NCBI GenBank assembly: GCA_049322215.1
Contig: JBMORU010000001.1
Location: 452,023-516,022 of the forward strand
DNA: 64,000 bases
Direction: 5' to 3'
Source of the DNA: Patescibacteria group bacterium
Lineage (GTDB): Bacteria; Patescibacteriota; WWE3; UBA101185; UBA10185
The notes under the pieces were generated by a model. That model was not told the origin of the DNA. It saw only the letters and a list, made by a program, of their open reading frames with translations, and made no database searches. Both the position numbers and the translations under genes were made by a program. Positions 29,322 through 38,206 of this stretch are shown in pieces (positions within the stretch are counted from its first letter, which is position 1; each line of letters opens with the position of its first letter).

Positions 29322-31529
29322 ATGGCTACACTTAAAGAATTACGCGAAGTTCGTTTGCAAAAACTAAAAAAATTAAAAGAACTTGGTATTGATCCTTACC
29401 CAGCACGCGTGGAACGCGATACTGAAATTAATACCATACTTACAAAATTTGATTCTTTAGAAGGACAAACAGTTGCAGTTGCAGGTCGTATAAAAGCCAT
29501 GCGTGAACACGGTAAACTAGCTTTTATTGATCTAAAAGATGCTAGTGGCGTAATTCAACTTTATATTAAAGAAGAAAATTTAATAACGGCCAATTATTCA
29601 TTAAGCCAACTTAAGTTTGAAAATTTAGAATTACTTGATATGGGCGACTTTATAGAAGCAAAAGGTGTTGTTACAAAAACTCAAAGAGGTGAGCTTTCTA
29701 TAGAAGTGACTGCTTTGCGTTTATTAACTAAGGCATTACGCCCTTTGGCAGACAAGTGGGAAGGTTTAAAAGACAAAGAAACCAGGTTAAGACGTCGCTA
29801 CATTGATACAAATGTTAATCAAGAGGTTTTTGATCGCTTTGTTAGGCGCGCAAAATTTTGGGAAGCCCAGAGAGAATTTTTAAATGGTCACGGATTTTTG
29901 GAAATTAATGTTCCTGTTTTAGAACACATTCCCGGTGGAGCTGATGCTACACCTTTTGTTACTCATATGGATGCTATTGATCAGGATTTCTTTTTACGAA
30001 TTTCTCATGAGCTTCAATTAAAAAGACTAATTGGTGGAGGTTATGAAAAAGTTTATGAAATAGGTCCTCGTTTTAGAAATGAGGGATTATCGGACGAACA
30101 TTTACCAGAACACATCGCTATGGAGTTTTATTGGGCATATGCCGATTGGGAACAAGGCATGCAATTTGTTGAAGATATGTTTAAGTACGTAATTGATAAG
30201 GTTTACCATAAAGATGTCTTTGAAATTCGAGGTTTCTCCGTAGACTTTTCAAAAAAGTGGGAAAGAATTGATTTTGCTGAAATAATGAAAAAGCACTATG
30301 GAATAAATGTTTACAGTACAAGTGTTGAAGAAGTGTCAGTAGTATTAAAAAAACACAATATAAAAATAGAATTTGATATGAATGTGGCCCGTGGCATTGA
30401 CTATTTGTGGAAAAATTTACGCAAAGATATTGCAGGTCCTGCATTTTTAATTAATCATCCAAAATTTTTATCTCCTTTGTCTAAATCTAAAGTAGAAAAT
30501 CCAAAAATCACCGAAAGATGTCAGCCTATTATTGCAGGATCTGAGTTGGGAAATGGTTGGTCTGAGTTGAATGACCCATTAGATCAGCTAGATAGATTTA
30601 CAGCACAACAAAAGCTACGCGAAATGGGGGATGCTGAGGCGCAATGGCTAGATATCGACTATATTGAAATGCTTGAATATGGCATGCCTCCTACTTTTGG
30701 GTGGGGACATAGCGAACGCGTATTTTGGTTTTTAGAAGATGTAACCGCACGTGAGGGTGTTCCTTTTCCACAATTAAAATTTGAGCTAGATGAAGTTACG
30801 CGTGAAATATATGGTGATGCTCTGCTTGCTGCTTCTCAATACAAAGAAAGCGAGGAAAAAGAGTTTTTAGGTTCAACAGTTGAAAAAAAAGTGACAGCTC
30901 CTAAAGATTTAGAACCAGTTGCCGAAGGAAGTTTACCCCTAACGGTAGACTCCGCTAAAGATTTATTAACCACAAATATGGAAAATGTTAATTTGCAAAG
31001 ACACTGTTTAGCTGTAGGGTATACCTTGCAAGCCCTTAGACGTTACTATGTAGAAAATGGCAGAGAGCATGAAGTAGGGAACTTAACCGAAGACGCTTGG
31101 CAAATAGTTGGTGTTTTACACGATGCAGACTGGGAAAAAACTTCTGAAGCACCTGAGTTACACACATTAATGCTTTTAAACTGGTTAAAAGCTTATGAAG
31201 TTTACGAGGAAATTTTAAATGTATTTAGGTCTCACAATAACAAAGTAACTCAGCTTCGAGAACCTGAAACATTGTTGGAGTGGTCACTAGAATGCTGTGA
31301 TGAGTTAACAGGCTTTATTGCTGCCGTTACATTAGTAAGACCATCAAGGCAAATATCAGACGTTAAAGTAAGTAGTGTTAAAAAGAAGTTTAAAACAAAA
31401 GAGTTTGCACGGGCTGTTCATAGAGAGCAAATTTCACAGTGCGAAGAAAAACTTGGAATTTCTTTAGACACATTTATTGAAATTACTTTAAATGCTATGA
31501 AAGAGCACGCTGAGGAGTTAGGTTTATGA
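29322..31529 (+). CDS. lysS: Lysine--tRNA ligase (class II) with C-terminal HD-domain fusion
   Basis: GGADATPF, LKRLIGGG, FRNEG, ELNDP, YGMPPT; extra C-terminus with RHCLAV, LHDAD, CDELTGFI. Confidence 0.96.
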   Translation: MATLKELREVRLQKLKKLKELGIDPYPARVERDTEINTILTKFDSLEGQTVAVAGRIKAMREHGKLAFIDLKDASGVIQLYIKEENLITANYSLSQLKFENLELLDMGDFIEAKGVVTKTQRGELSIEVTALRLLTKALRPLADKWEGLKDKETRLRRRYIDTNVNQEVFDRFVRRAKFWEAQREFLNGHGFLEINVPVLEHIPGGADATPFVTHMDAIDQDFFLRISHELQLKRLIGGGYEKVYEIGPRFRNEGLSDEHLPEHIAMEFYWAYADWEQGMQFVEDMFKYVIDKVYHKDVFEIRGFSVDFSKKWERIDFAEIMKKHYGINVYSTSVEEVSVVLKKHNIKIEFDMNVARGIDYLWKNLRKDIAGPAFLINHPKFLSPLSKSKVENPKITERCQPIIAGSELGNGWSELNDPLDQLDRFTAQQKLREMGDAEAQWLDIDYIEMLEYGMPPTFGWGHSERVFWFLEDVTAREGVPFPQLKFELDEVTREIYGDALLAASQYKESEEKEFLGSTVEKKVTAPKDLEPVAEGSLPLTVDSAKDLLTTNMENVNLQRHCLAVGYTLQALRRYYVENGREHEVGNLTEDAWQIVGVLHDADWEKTSEAPELHTLMLLNWLKAYEVYEEILNVFRSHNNKVTQLREPETLLEWSLECCDELTGFIAAVTLVRPSRQISDVKVSSVKKKFKTKEFARAVHREQISQCEEKLGISLDTFIEITLNAMKEHAEELGL

Positions 31530-31571
31530 AGTCCGCGCACTTTCGTATGGGGTTTTAAGATTAATTGCTAT

Positions 31572-31619
31572 AAAAAAAGTAGGTAAAGAAATTACATAAG
31601 AGCGTAACTTCTTTACCTA
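31572..31619 (-). terminator. Long 3' hairpin/terminator of orphan unit
   Basis: taggtaaagaa-attac ... gtaac-ttctttaccta then T7 on minus strand. Confidence 0.75.
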
Positions 31620-31629
31620 AAAAATTTAG

Positions 31630-31869
31630 TTAACTAACCAGTGCTGCCAAGCGGTGTTTTACCGTAGAGGCGCGTGATTCTAAATGCCAGTCGCTGCGTA
31701 GACCAATGACTGTGGTGCATTGCGCACGCGTTTGATTGCATCCTTTTTCTGGGCTTACTCGCACCCAACGGCCATTTACAAAAAACTTGCCAGTTTCAGG
31801 GCACTTAATACCGTATTTGCCTCCTCTTTTTACCAAATGAACAATCGTCCTTCCGTTGTTGTTTTCCAC
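31630..31869 (-). CDS. Small basic orphan protein (SD-led unit)
   Basis: AAAGGAG before GTG, TG-TATACT upstream, 3' hairpin. Confidence 0.7.
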   Translation of the reverse strand: MENNNGRTIVHLVKRGGKYGIKCPETGKFFVNGRWVRVSPEKGCNQTRAQCTTVIGLRSDWHLESRASTVKHRLAALVS

Positions 31870-31923
31870 ATTTATCTCCTTTTCTATGGGTTTTAGATTT
31901 GTGCAGTATACATCATGATAATA

Positions 31924-31952
31924 TTGACAATCAAGGGTAGTAACGCTATTTT
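31924..31952 (+). promoter_or_regulatory. sigma70 promoter of serS leader
   Basis: TTGACA-17-TATTTT. Confidence 0.75.
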
Positions 31953-31967
31953 AGTAGAAAGACAAAA

Positions 31968-32111
31968 AGCGCTGATAGAGGAAGTTTCCGCCTCTTGAGC
32001 TGCTAGGAGGAAATGCCTAGCCGGGAATGCCCGTGATAGCTGTAAATTAAGTTAAAAGTACCAGGTGGCACCGTCCACCATTAGGACCCTGGCAAATGGC
32101 CAGGTTTTTTT
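31968..32111 (+). promoter_or_regulatory. Minimal T-box riboswitch, Ser (TCC) specifier in an ultrashort Stem I, transcriptional
   Basis: K-turn + AGAGG/CCTCT stem with loop AAGTTTCCG; CCCGTGATA; antiterminator CCAGG-TGGCACC-GTCC...GGAC-CCTGG; terminator CCTGGC-AAATG-GCCAGG-T7. Confidence 0.88.
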
Positions 32112-32144
32112 GTATCTGGTAAGTGTAAATTTAGGAGTTTAAAA

Positions 32145-33458
32145 ATGTTAGATATTAAATATGTACGTGAAAACCCAGATGAGTTAAAAAAAGTTATTGA
32201 AGACCGCCAAATGGTTGGTAAGGCCAACGTTGATACTGTGCTAGAACTGGATGATTCATATCGGGCTTTGTTGTTTAAAGTTGAGACACACCGAAGCTTG
32301 CGCAATCAGTTATCTAAAGATATATCAAAAGTAAATACTGCTGAGCGTAATAAGTTAATAAAAGAAGCAGCTAAGGTAAAAGAAGAGCTTTTAAAAATGG
32401 AAGAAGAATTAAAAGAGCTTCAAGCTAATTTAGAACTAGAGTTAAAAAAACTTCCAAATACTGTTGCTGAAGATGTTCCCTTTGGCGTTGATGAGAACGA
32501 AAACAAAGTAATTAGAACTTGGGGAAAGTTGTCCGAATTTGACTTTGAACCTAAAGACCATGTGGATTTAGGTGAAGCTTTAGACTTAATTGACATAGAA
32601 TCATCAGCGCGTATTTCAGGAAGTCGTTTTAACTACCTAATGAATGAGGCTGTAATGCTTCAGTTTGGGATTATTCAAATGACTTTTGAAATTTTAACAA
32701 ACGAAGACATTATTGGTGAGCTCGCAGAAAAAGTAGGTAACCCGTTTACTAAGCCTTTTATACCTGTGTTGCCTCCTGTGTTCATAAAGTCCGATATTGC
32801 TCAAAAAATGGATAGGTTTGACCCAATAGAAGATCGTTACTTTTTTGAAAAGGACGACGCTTTATTGGTTGGTAGTGCAGAGCATACTTTAGGCCCATTA
32901 TACTTAGACGCGTTGCTTGAAGAGGATCAATTACCTATTCGTTTAGTGGGTTATTCTACCGCATTTCGTCGTGAAGCTGGATCTTACGGGAAAGATACAC
33001 GTGGAATTCTCAGAAGACACCAATTTGACAAAATTGAAATGGAAACGTTTACTATGCCTGAGCATGGTTTAGCAGAACAAAACTTAATAGTTGCAATTCA
33101 AGAATATTTGGTTCAGCAACTAAAAATTCCATATCAAGTAATGGCCATTTGTACAGGTGATATGGGTAAACCAGACTTTAGGCAAATAGACATTGAGTGT
33201 TGGATGCCCGGAGAAAATAAATATAGAGAGACGCATACCTCAGACTATATGACTGACTTTCAATCACGCAGACTAAATACCAGATATAAAGCTAAAAATG
33301 GAGAAAACTACTTTGTGCACATGAACGATGCAACAGCTTTTGCTATAGGTAGAATATTAATAGCTATATTAGAAAACAATCAACAAAAGGATGGAAGTGT
33401 GGTAATTCCTGAAGTTTTACACAAGTATGTTGGTAAAGAGGTTATTGGTAATAAATAA
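32145..33458 (+). CDS. serS: Serine--tRNA ligase
   Basis: MLDIKYVRENPD, coiled-coil arm, FRREAGSYGKDTRGILRRHQFDKIE, ENNQQKDGSV. Confidence 0.98.
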   Translation: MLDIKYVRENPDELKKVIEDRQMVGKANVDTVLELDDSYRALLFKVETHRSLRNQLSKDISKVNTAERNKLIKEAAKVKEELLKMEEELKELQANLELELKKLPNTVAEDVPFGVDENENKVIRTWGKLSEFDFEPKDHVDLGEALDLIDIESSARISGSRFNYLMNEAVMLQFGIIQMTFEILTNEDIIGELAEKVGNPFTKPFIPVLPPVFIKSDIAQKMDRFDPIEDRYFFEKDDALLVGSAEHTLGPLYLDALLEEDQLPIRLVGYSTAFRREAGSYGKDTRGILRRHQFDKIEMETFTMPEHGLAEQNLIVAIQEYLVQQLKIPYQVMAICTGDMGKPDFRQIDIECWMPGENKYRETHTSDYMTDFQSRRLNTRYKAKNGENYFVHMNDATAFAIGRILIAILENNQQKDGSVVIPEVLHKYVGKEVIGNK

Positions 33459-33482
33459 TGTTTTAGGCTAAAATCTTAATTA

Positions 33483-34172
33483 ATGTCTATATTCGCGGGA
33501 GTAGAAATGCCACGTGTTATACATCAAACTTCGTCGGAGTTTAATGGCAACATTGAGGTGGTAGAGAAAAATAACGTAAGAAAAATTTTTGTAGACGGAC
33601 ATTTACAGTCCGTCAGTGCAAACTCCCAAAATATAGAAAGGATGGTTTGGGGTAAAATTGCAAAGCTTATAAAAAGCGAAAATCCTGATATGCGCAGAGC
33701 TATGATATTAGGTTTGGGCGGAGGCACACTTCAGTGGCTATTAGCAACCAACTTTCCTCACTGTCATATGACTTCCGTGGAAATTGACCCTGTAATGGTA
33801 GATGTAGCTAAAAACTTTTTTGCTATAGAGCAGTTACAAAATCACAAAATAATTTTAGATGATGCCTGTCGTGTAATTGCTTCTCCGGAAGAATTTCAAA
33901 TAGCCCAGCATTCTTATGACACGTTGGTAGTAGATATTTTTCAGGGCGAAAGATACCCGGATTTAGGTACCTCTGGTACTTTTTTGTCAGGAATAAAAAA
34001 TGTGGTTGTTCCCGGCGGTTTAGTTATTTTCACTAGATTATATTTAGACGATCATCAGCATGACACTAATATGTTTATAGAAACAGTCGAAATGTACTTC
34101 AGCAATATTCAATCTTTAGTTGTTGCCGGTAAAACAAACTCAGATCATGCTTTAATATTTGGTCGTGCATAA
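33483..34172 (+). CDS. Spermidine-synthase-like methyltransferase domain protein
   Basis: ILGLGGGT, VEIDPVMVDVAKNFF, LVVDIF. Confidence 0.85.
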   Translation: MSIFAGVEMPRVIHQTSSEFNGNIEVVEKNNVRKIFVDGHLQSVSANSQNIERMVWGKIAKLIKSENPDMRRAMILGLGGGTLQWLLATNFPHCHMTSVEIDPVMVDVAKNFFAIEQLQNHKIILDDACRVIASPEEFQIAQHSYDTLVVDIFQGERYPDLGTSGTFLSGIKNVVVPGGLVIFTRLYLDDHQHDTNMFIETVEMYFSNIQSLVVAGKTNSDHALIFGRA

Positions 34173-34179
34173 TACTTTT

Positions 34180-35004
34180 ATGTCATTATTACAAGCATTA
34201 TTGCTAGGGTTGATTCAAGGAATTACTGAGTTCGTTCCGGTTTCTTCTTCGGGACATTTGGTTATTGTTCCGCAATTAATAGATATAACAGTGCAGTCTT
34301 TGGTTTTTGATCTAATTTTGCATGTGGGAACTGTTTTTGCATTGTTAGTTTATTTTTGGAAAGATGTTTTTTCTATAACTCTTTCACTTTTTAAAGATTT
34401 AATTTCAAGAGGGGTTAAATTTTCTCAATACAGCAAAATGGGGAAATTAGGATTATATGTTGCAGTAAGCTTTATTCCTGCAGCAGTTTTTGGGTTTTTT
34501 CTTGACTCTTTAATTGAATCTACATTTAGAAGTGTATTTTCGGTGGCAGTAATTTTACTTATTGGAACAGTATTTATGTTATTGGCTGATTTACGCTATA
34601 AAGAAGGGCAAAACAAAGATTTTAGTTTAGTACCTTGCTTGACCATAGGTTTTGCGCAGGTTTTAGCCCTGTTCCCAGGCTTTTCGCGTTCGGGGGCTAC
34701 TATTTCTGCAGGTATATTATTGGGCTTAAGTAGAGTTCAAGCAGCAAGGTTTTCTTTTTTAATGTCAATTCCCGTAATTTTAGGAGCGGCGGCATATAAG
34801 TTAATAAGTCTTCCTTCGTATAGTGAAGTACTAACTTTACCTACATTTGCTGGTTTTGCTTCTAGTTTTGTAGTAGGTATATTAGCTATTCAATTCATGC
34901 TTAAATATTTAGGTAAGCGAAGCTTGAGGTTGTTTATTATATATAGGTTTTTGTTGTTTATATTTTTATTTTTTTATTTTTTGTTATTTATACAAGTCCC
35001 ATAG
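34180..35004 (+). CDS. uppP: Undecaprenyl-diphosphatase
   Basis: GLIQGITEFVPVSSSGHL, PGFSRSGATI, AARFSFL. Confidence 0.96.
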   Translation: MSLLQALLLGLIQGITEFVPVSSSGHLVIVPQLIDITVQSLVFDLILHVGTVFALLVYFWKDVFSITLSLFKDLISRGVKFSQYSKMGKLGLYVAVSFIPAAVFGFFLDSLIESTFRSVFSVAVILLIGTVFMLLADLRYKEGQNKDFSLVPCLTIGFAQVLALFPGFSRSGATISAGILLGLSRVQAARFSFLMSIPVILGAAAYKLISLPSYSEVLTLPTFAGFASSFVVGILAIQFMLKYLGKRSLRLFIIYRFLLFIFLFFYFLLFIQVP

Positions 35005-35036
35005 ATTTTGGGCAGTAGTGTTATAATCACTGCGCT

Positions 35037-37595
35037 ATGTTTTTGAAGAAATTTTTTGACTCAAACGAAAGACAATTACAAAAGCTTCAACCCATTTTGA
35101 ATGAAGTAAATGCCCTAGAAGATAAATTTTCTAATTTTTCTGAAAGTGAAATAAAATCCAAAACTAATCAATGGAAAAAAGATTTATCTAATTTGCCTTA
35201 TGAAGAACACTCCGCATATTTAAATAAAATATTACCTGAAGCGTTTGCATTAGTACGAGAAGCTGCAAAAAGAACTGTAGAAATGCGACCTTATGATGTT
35301 CAAATTTTAGCTGGAATTGTATTGCATCAAGGTAAAATTGCAGAACAAAAGACAGGTGAAGGTAAAACTTTAACTGCTACGCTTCCTTTATATCTTAACT
35401 CTTTAACTGGAAGAGGTGCTCACTTAGTAACACCTAATGATTACTTGTCTCGGCATGGTGCTGGTTGGATGGGCAAGTTGTACACCTACCTAGGAATAAC
35501 TGTTGGTGCTGTTATTCAAGAAAGAGCATTTGTATATGATTTAGAATACGAAGGCAGTGAGTTTCAAGACGAATATACTGTTCATTTAAAAGAGGTTTCA
35601 AGAGCAGATGCGTATAAATGTGATATCACATATGGAACAAACCACGAGTTTGGGTTTGATTACTTAAGAGACAATATGTCTCGCAGTTTAGACAGACTAG
35701 TTCAAACTAATCCTAATGGGGAATTTGGAATTCACACTTTTGCAATTGTAGACGAAGTAGATTCTATTTTAATTGATGTAGCCAGAACTCCGCTAATTAT
35801 TTCTACATCAGCCCAACAACCTACCGACCGCTATCATGATGCATCTAAAGTTGTCAAAAATCTTATTAAAGACACCGATTATGAAGTTGAGGAAAAATTT
35901 AGAAGTTCTTCTTTAACAGATTTAGGTATTCGCAAAGTAGAAAAGATGCTTGGTATTTCTAACTTGTATGAGCAAGACTTTGAAATGGTTCATTTAATTG
36001 AGCAAGCACTGACAGCACATACTTTGTACGAAAAAGACAAAGACTATATAGTAAAAAATGATCAAGTAATTATTGTAGATCAATTCACTGGTCGTTTGCT
36101 TCCAAGTAATAGATATTCCCAAGGGTTACATCAGGCAATAGAAGCCAAAGAAAACGTAACTATTCAGCAAGAATCGCGTACTATAGCTGAAATTTCTTAT
36201 CAAAATTATTTCAGATTGTACGGCAAGTTAGCAGGTATGACCGGTACTGCCATTACTGAAGCCGAAGAATTTTACAAAATATATGGTTTAGACGTTGTTG
36301 TAATGCCAACAAATAAACCTGTAAAACGTACTGATCACAATGACGTTATTTACAAAACCGAGTCTGCCAAATTTAGAGCAGTAGCAGAAGAAATTGTAGA
36401 AAGGCACAAAAAGGGTCAGCCAGTATTGGTTGGTACTACTTCTGTAGAAAAAAGCCAAATGCTTCATGAACTTTTAAAGAGGCGTGGGGTTTCTCACGAA
36501 ATTTTAAATGCTAAAAATCACGAAAGAGAAGCTATGATAATTTCACAAGCTGGTAAAAAGGGTTCGGTTACGGTTTCTACGAATATGGCAGGTAGAGGTG
36601 TTGACATTATTTTAGGGGGAGATCCCTCAACGGCTGAAGAACAAAGTGAAGTTAAAAAACTAGGGGGACTTCATGTAATAGGTACTGAAAGACATGATTC
36701 CCGCCGTATTGACAATCAATTGCGCGGACGTTCAGGTCGTCAAGGAGATCCAGGGTCTTCCAGATTTTATGTTTCACTTCAAGATGATTTAATGCGAATT
36801 TTTGGTGGCGCTCAAGTAGAAAGCTTAATGAATAGGTTTGGCCTTGAGGAAAATGTTCCACTTGAAGCAAAAATTGTTAGCCGTGCTATAGAAAATGCGC
36901 AAAAAAAGGTAGAAGGATTTAACTTTGATGCACGAAAGCGTGTGGTAGAAGAAGATGACGTTATAAATACACACCGTAGTGTAATTTACAAATTAAGACG
37001 AAAAATTTTAGAGGGTATGGCGGGTTCTGAAGAGTTTACTGATTGGTTTTTAGATCAACTTGATAAGTATGCTGACACCGAAATTGAATTTGAAGACAAT
37101 TGGGAAAAATTTGAAAACAAAATAGGTGTGAAAAATTGGCTACAAGTAGTAGGGCAACTGAGTTTGCCGGTTATTGATACCTTATGGATGGAACACCTAG
37201 TGGATATGGATTACTTAAAAGATGGCAGCAAACTAAAAGGTTATGCACAGCGAGACCCAATAGTTGAGTATAAAAGAGAAGGTCATGAGCGTTTTGAAAT
37301 ACTTGTGAGAAAGATTTACAGCATTATTGCTGAGCGAATTTCAAATATAAAAGATACTGAAGAGGCAAATGCACGTGAAAGTACAGAACTCACCGAAGAG
37401 CGTAATTTATCATACAAACGTGGAAACTTAGAATCGGGAGTCGCTCAAGAAACTGCAGAAACTAAGCTTGCAAATCGTGTAGCTCCCGTTACTTCGAGTA
37501 AAGATAAAGTGGGTAGAAATGATCCTTGCCCTTGCGGTAGTGGGTTAAAGTATAAAAAATGCGGAATGATTAATGCTCCTGAGCATAAGGGTTAG
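35037..37595 (+). CDS. secA: Preprotein translocase ATPase SecA
   Basis: KTGEGKT, IVDEVDSILID, QLRGRSGRQGDPG, SEC-C GRNDPCPCGSGLKYKKC. Confidence 0.99.
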   Translation: MFLKKFFDSNERQLQKLQPILNEVNALEDKFSNFSESEIKSKTNQWKKDLSNLPYEEHSAYLNKILPEAFALVREAAKRTVEMRPYDVQILAGIVLHQGKIAEQKTGEGKTLTATLPLYLNSLTGRGAHLVTPNDYLSRHGAGWMGKLYTYLGITVGAVIQERAFVYDLEYEGSEFQDEYTVHLKEVSRADAYKCDITYGTNHEFGFDYLRDNMSRSLDRLVQTNPNGEFGIHTFAIVDEVDSILIDVARTPLIISTSAQQPTDRYHDASKVVKNLIKDTDYEVEEKFRSSSLTDLGIRKVEKMLGISNLYEQDFEMVHLIEQALTAHTLYEKDKDYIVKNDQVIIVDQFTGRLLPSNRYSQGLHQAIEAKENVTIQQESRTIAEISYQNYFRLYGKLAGMTGTAITEAEEFYKIYGLDVVVMPTNKPVKRTDHNDVIYKTESAKFRAVAEEIVERHKKGQPVLVGTTSVEKSQMLHELLKRRGVSHEILNAKNHEREAMIISQAGKKGSVTVSTNMAGRGVDIILGGDPSTAEEQSEVKKLGGLHVIGTERHDSRRIDNQLRGRSGRQGDPGSSRFYVSLQDDLMRIFGGAQVESLMNRFGLEENVPLEAKIVSRAIENAQKKVEGFNFDARKRVVEEDDVINTHRSVIYKLRRKILEGMAGSEEFTDWFLDQLDKYADTEIEFEDNWEKFENKIGVKNWLQVVGQLSLPVIDTLWMEHLVDMDYLKDGSKLKGYAQRDPIVEYKREGHERFEILVRKIYSIIAERISNIKDTEEANARESTELTEERNLSYKRGNLESGVAQETAETKLANRVAPVTSSKDKVGRNDPCPCGSGLKYKKCGMINAPEHKG

Positions 37596-37706
37596 TTTGC
37601 AATACGAACTTGGTTTAGTCCTATAACTTTTAAATTCCTCGTTTACCTAATATAATACTCAAAATTAGTAAAACACTAAAAACAAAGTCAGAAGGAGATT
37701 TAGACA

Positions 37707-38099
37707 ATGGATAATGTGAGTCAGCGTACAATGTTGCGCAGCGCAAAGAAAAAGTCTGGTGATTTTACTCAAAAGGATTTAGCACAATTCGTGAGAGAAC
37801 GTGCCCAGCCAGATGCCCAAGTTACCGTTTTGAAAGAAAACAAATGGGTTAAAGTTGGTAACTGGTGGTTAAAGCTAGTTAGTCAGGCTAGTAATATGGA
37901 TGACGCCTGGATTACTGTTATTGTGCGTCCCAACACTCCCTACATGAACTGGGTTCGCCACCTCAACATTCATGAGAATGGAATGGAAACACTAACTGTA
38001 TTATGGTGGTATGAAATTGGTAAGACCGGGCTTTTATTAGACATTTGGTATGTTGGCGATGGTAGTGAGGGCGTTGCCTTGGTTGTTCCAGCAAAGTAA
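37707..38099 (+). CDS. Orphan Trp-rich protein (SD-led unit)
   Basis: TATAAT at 37651, GAAGGAG SD, 3' hairpin. Confidence 0.72.
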   Translation: MDNVSQRTMLRSAKKKSGDFTQKDLAQFVRERAQPDAQVTVLKENKWVKVGNWWLKLVSQASNMDDAWITVIVRPNTPYMNWVRHLNIHENGMETLTVLWWYEIGKTGLLLDIWYVGDGSEGVALVVPAK

Positions 38100-38111
38100 A
38101 GAGTTTTATTT

Positions 38112-38160
38112 ATAGGGTGCTGCTGTAGTTATTTTAAACGTCAGTAGCATCTATTTTTTT
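38112..38160 (+). terminator. Long 3' hairpin/terminator
   Basis: atagggtgctgctg ... cagtagcatctat then T run. Confidence 0.7.
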
Positions 38161-38206
38161 CGTTTCAATAGAGGTGGCGTTTAAAACTAGCTATAATGAT
38201 TGCTAG

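Noticed and set aside
12873-38153. Orphan-unit hairpins as integron attC sites
   Set aside because: No consistent RYYYAAC/GTTRRRY ends, units are dispersed on both strands with their own promoters, and no integrase is seen
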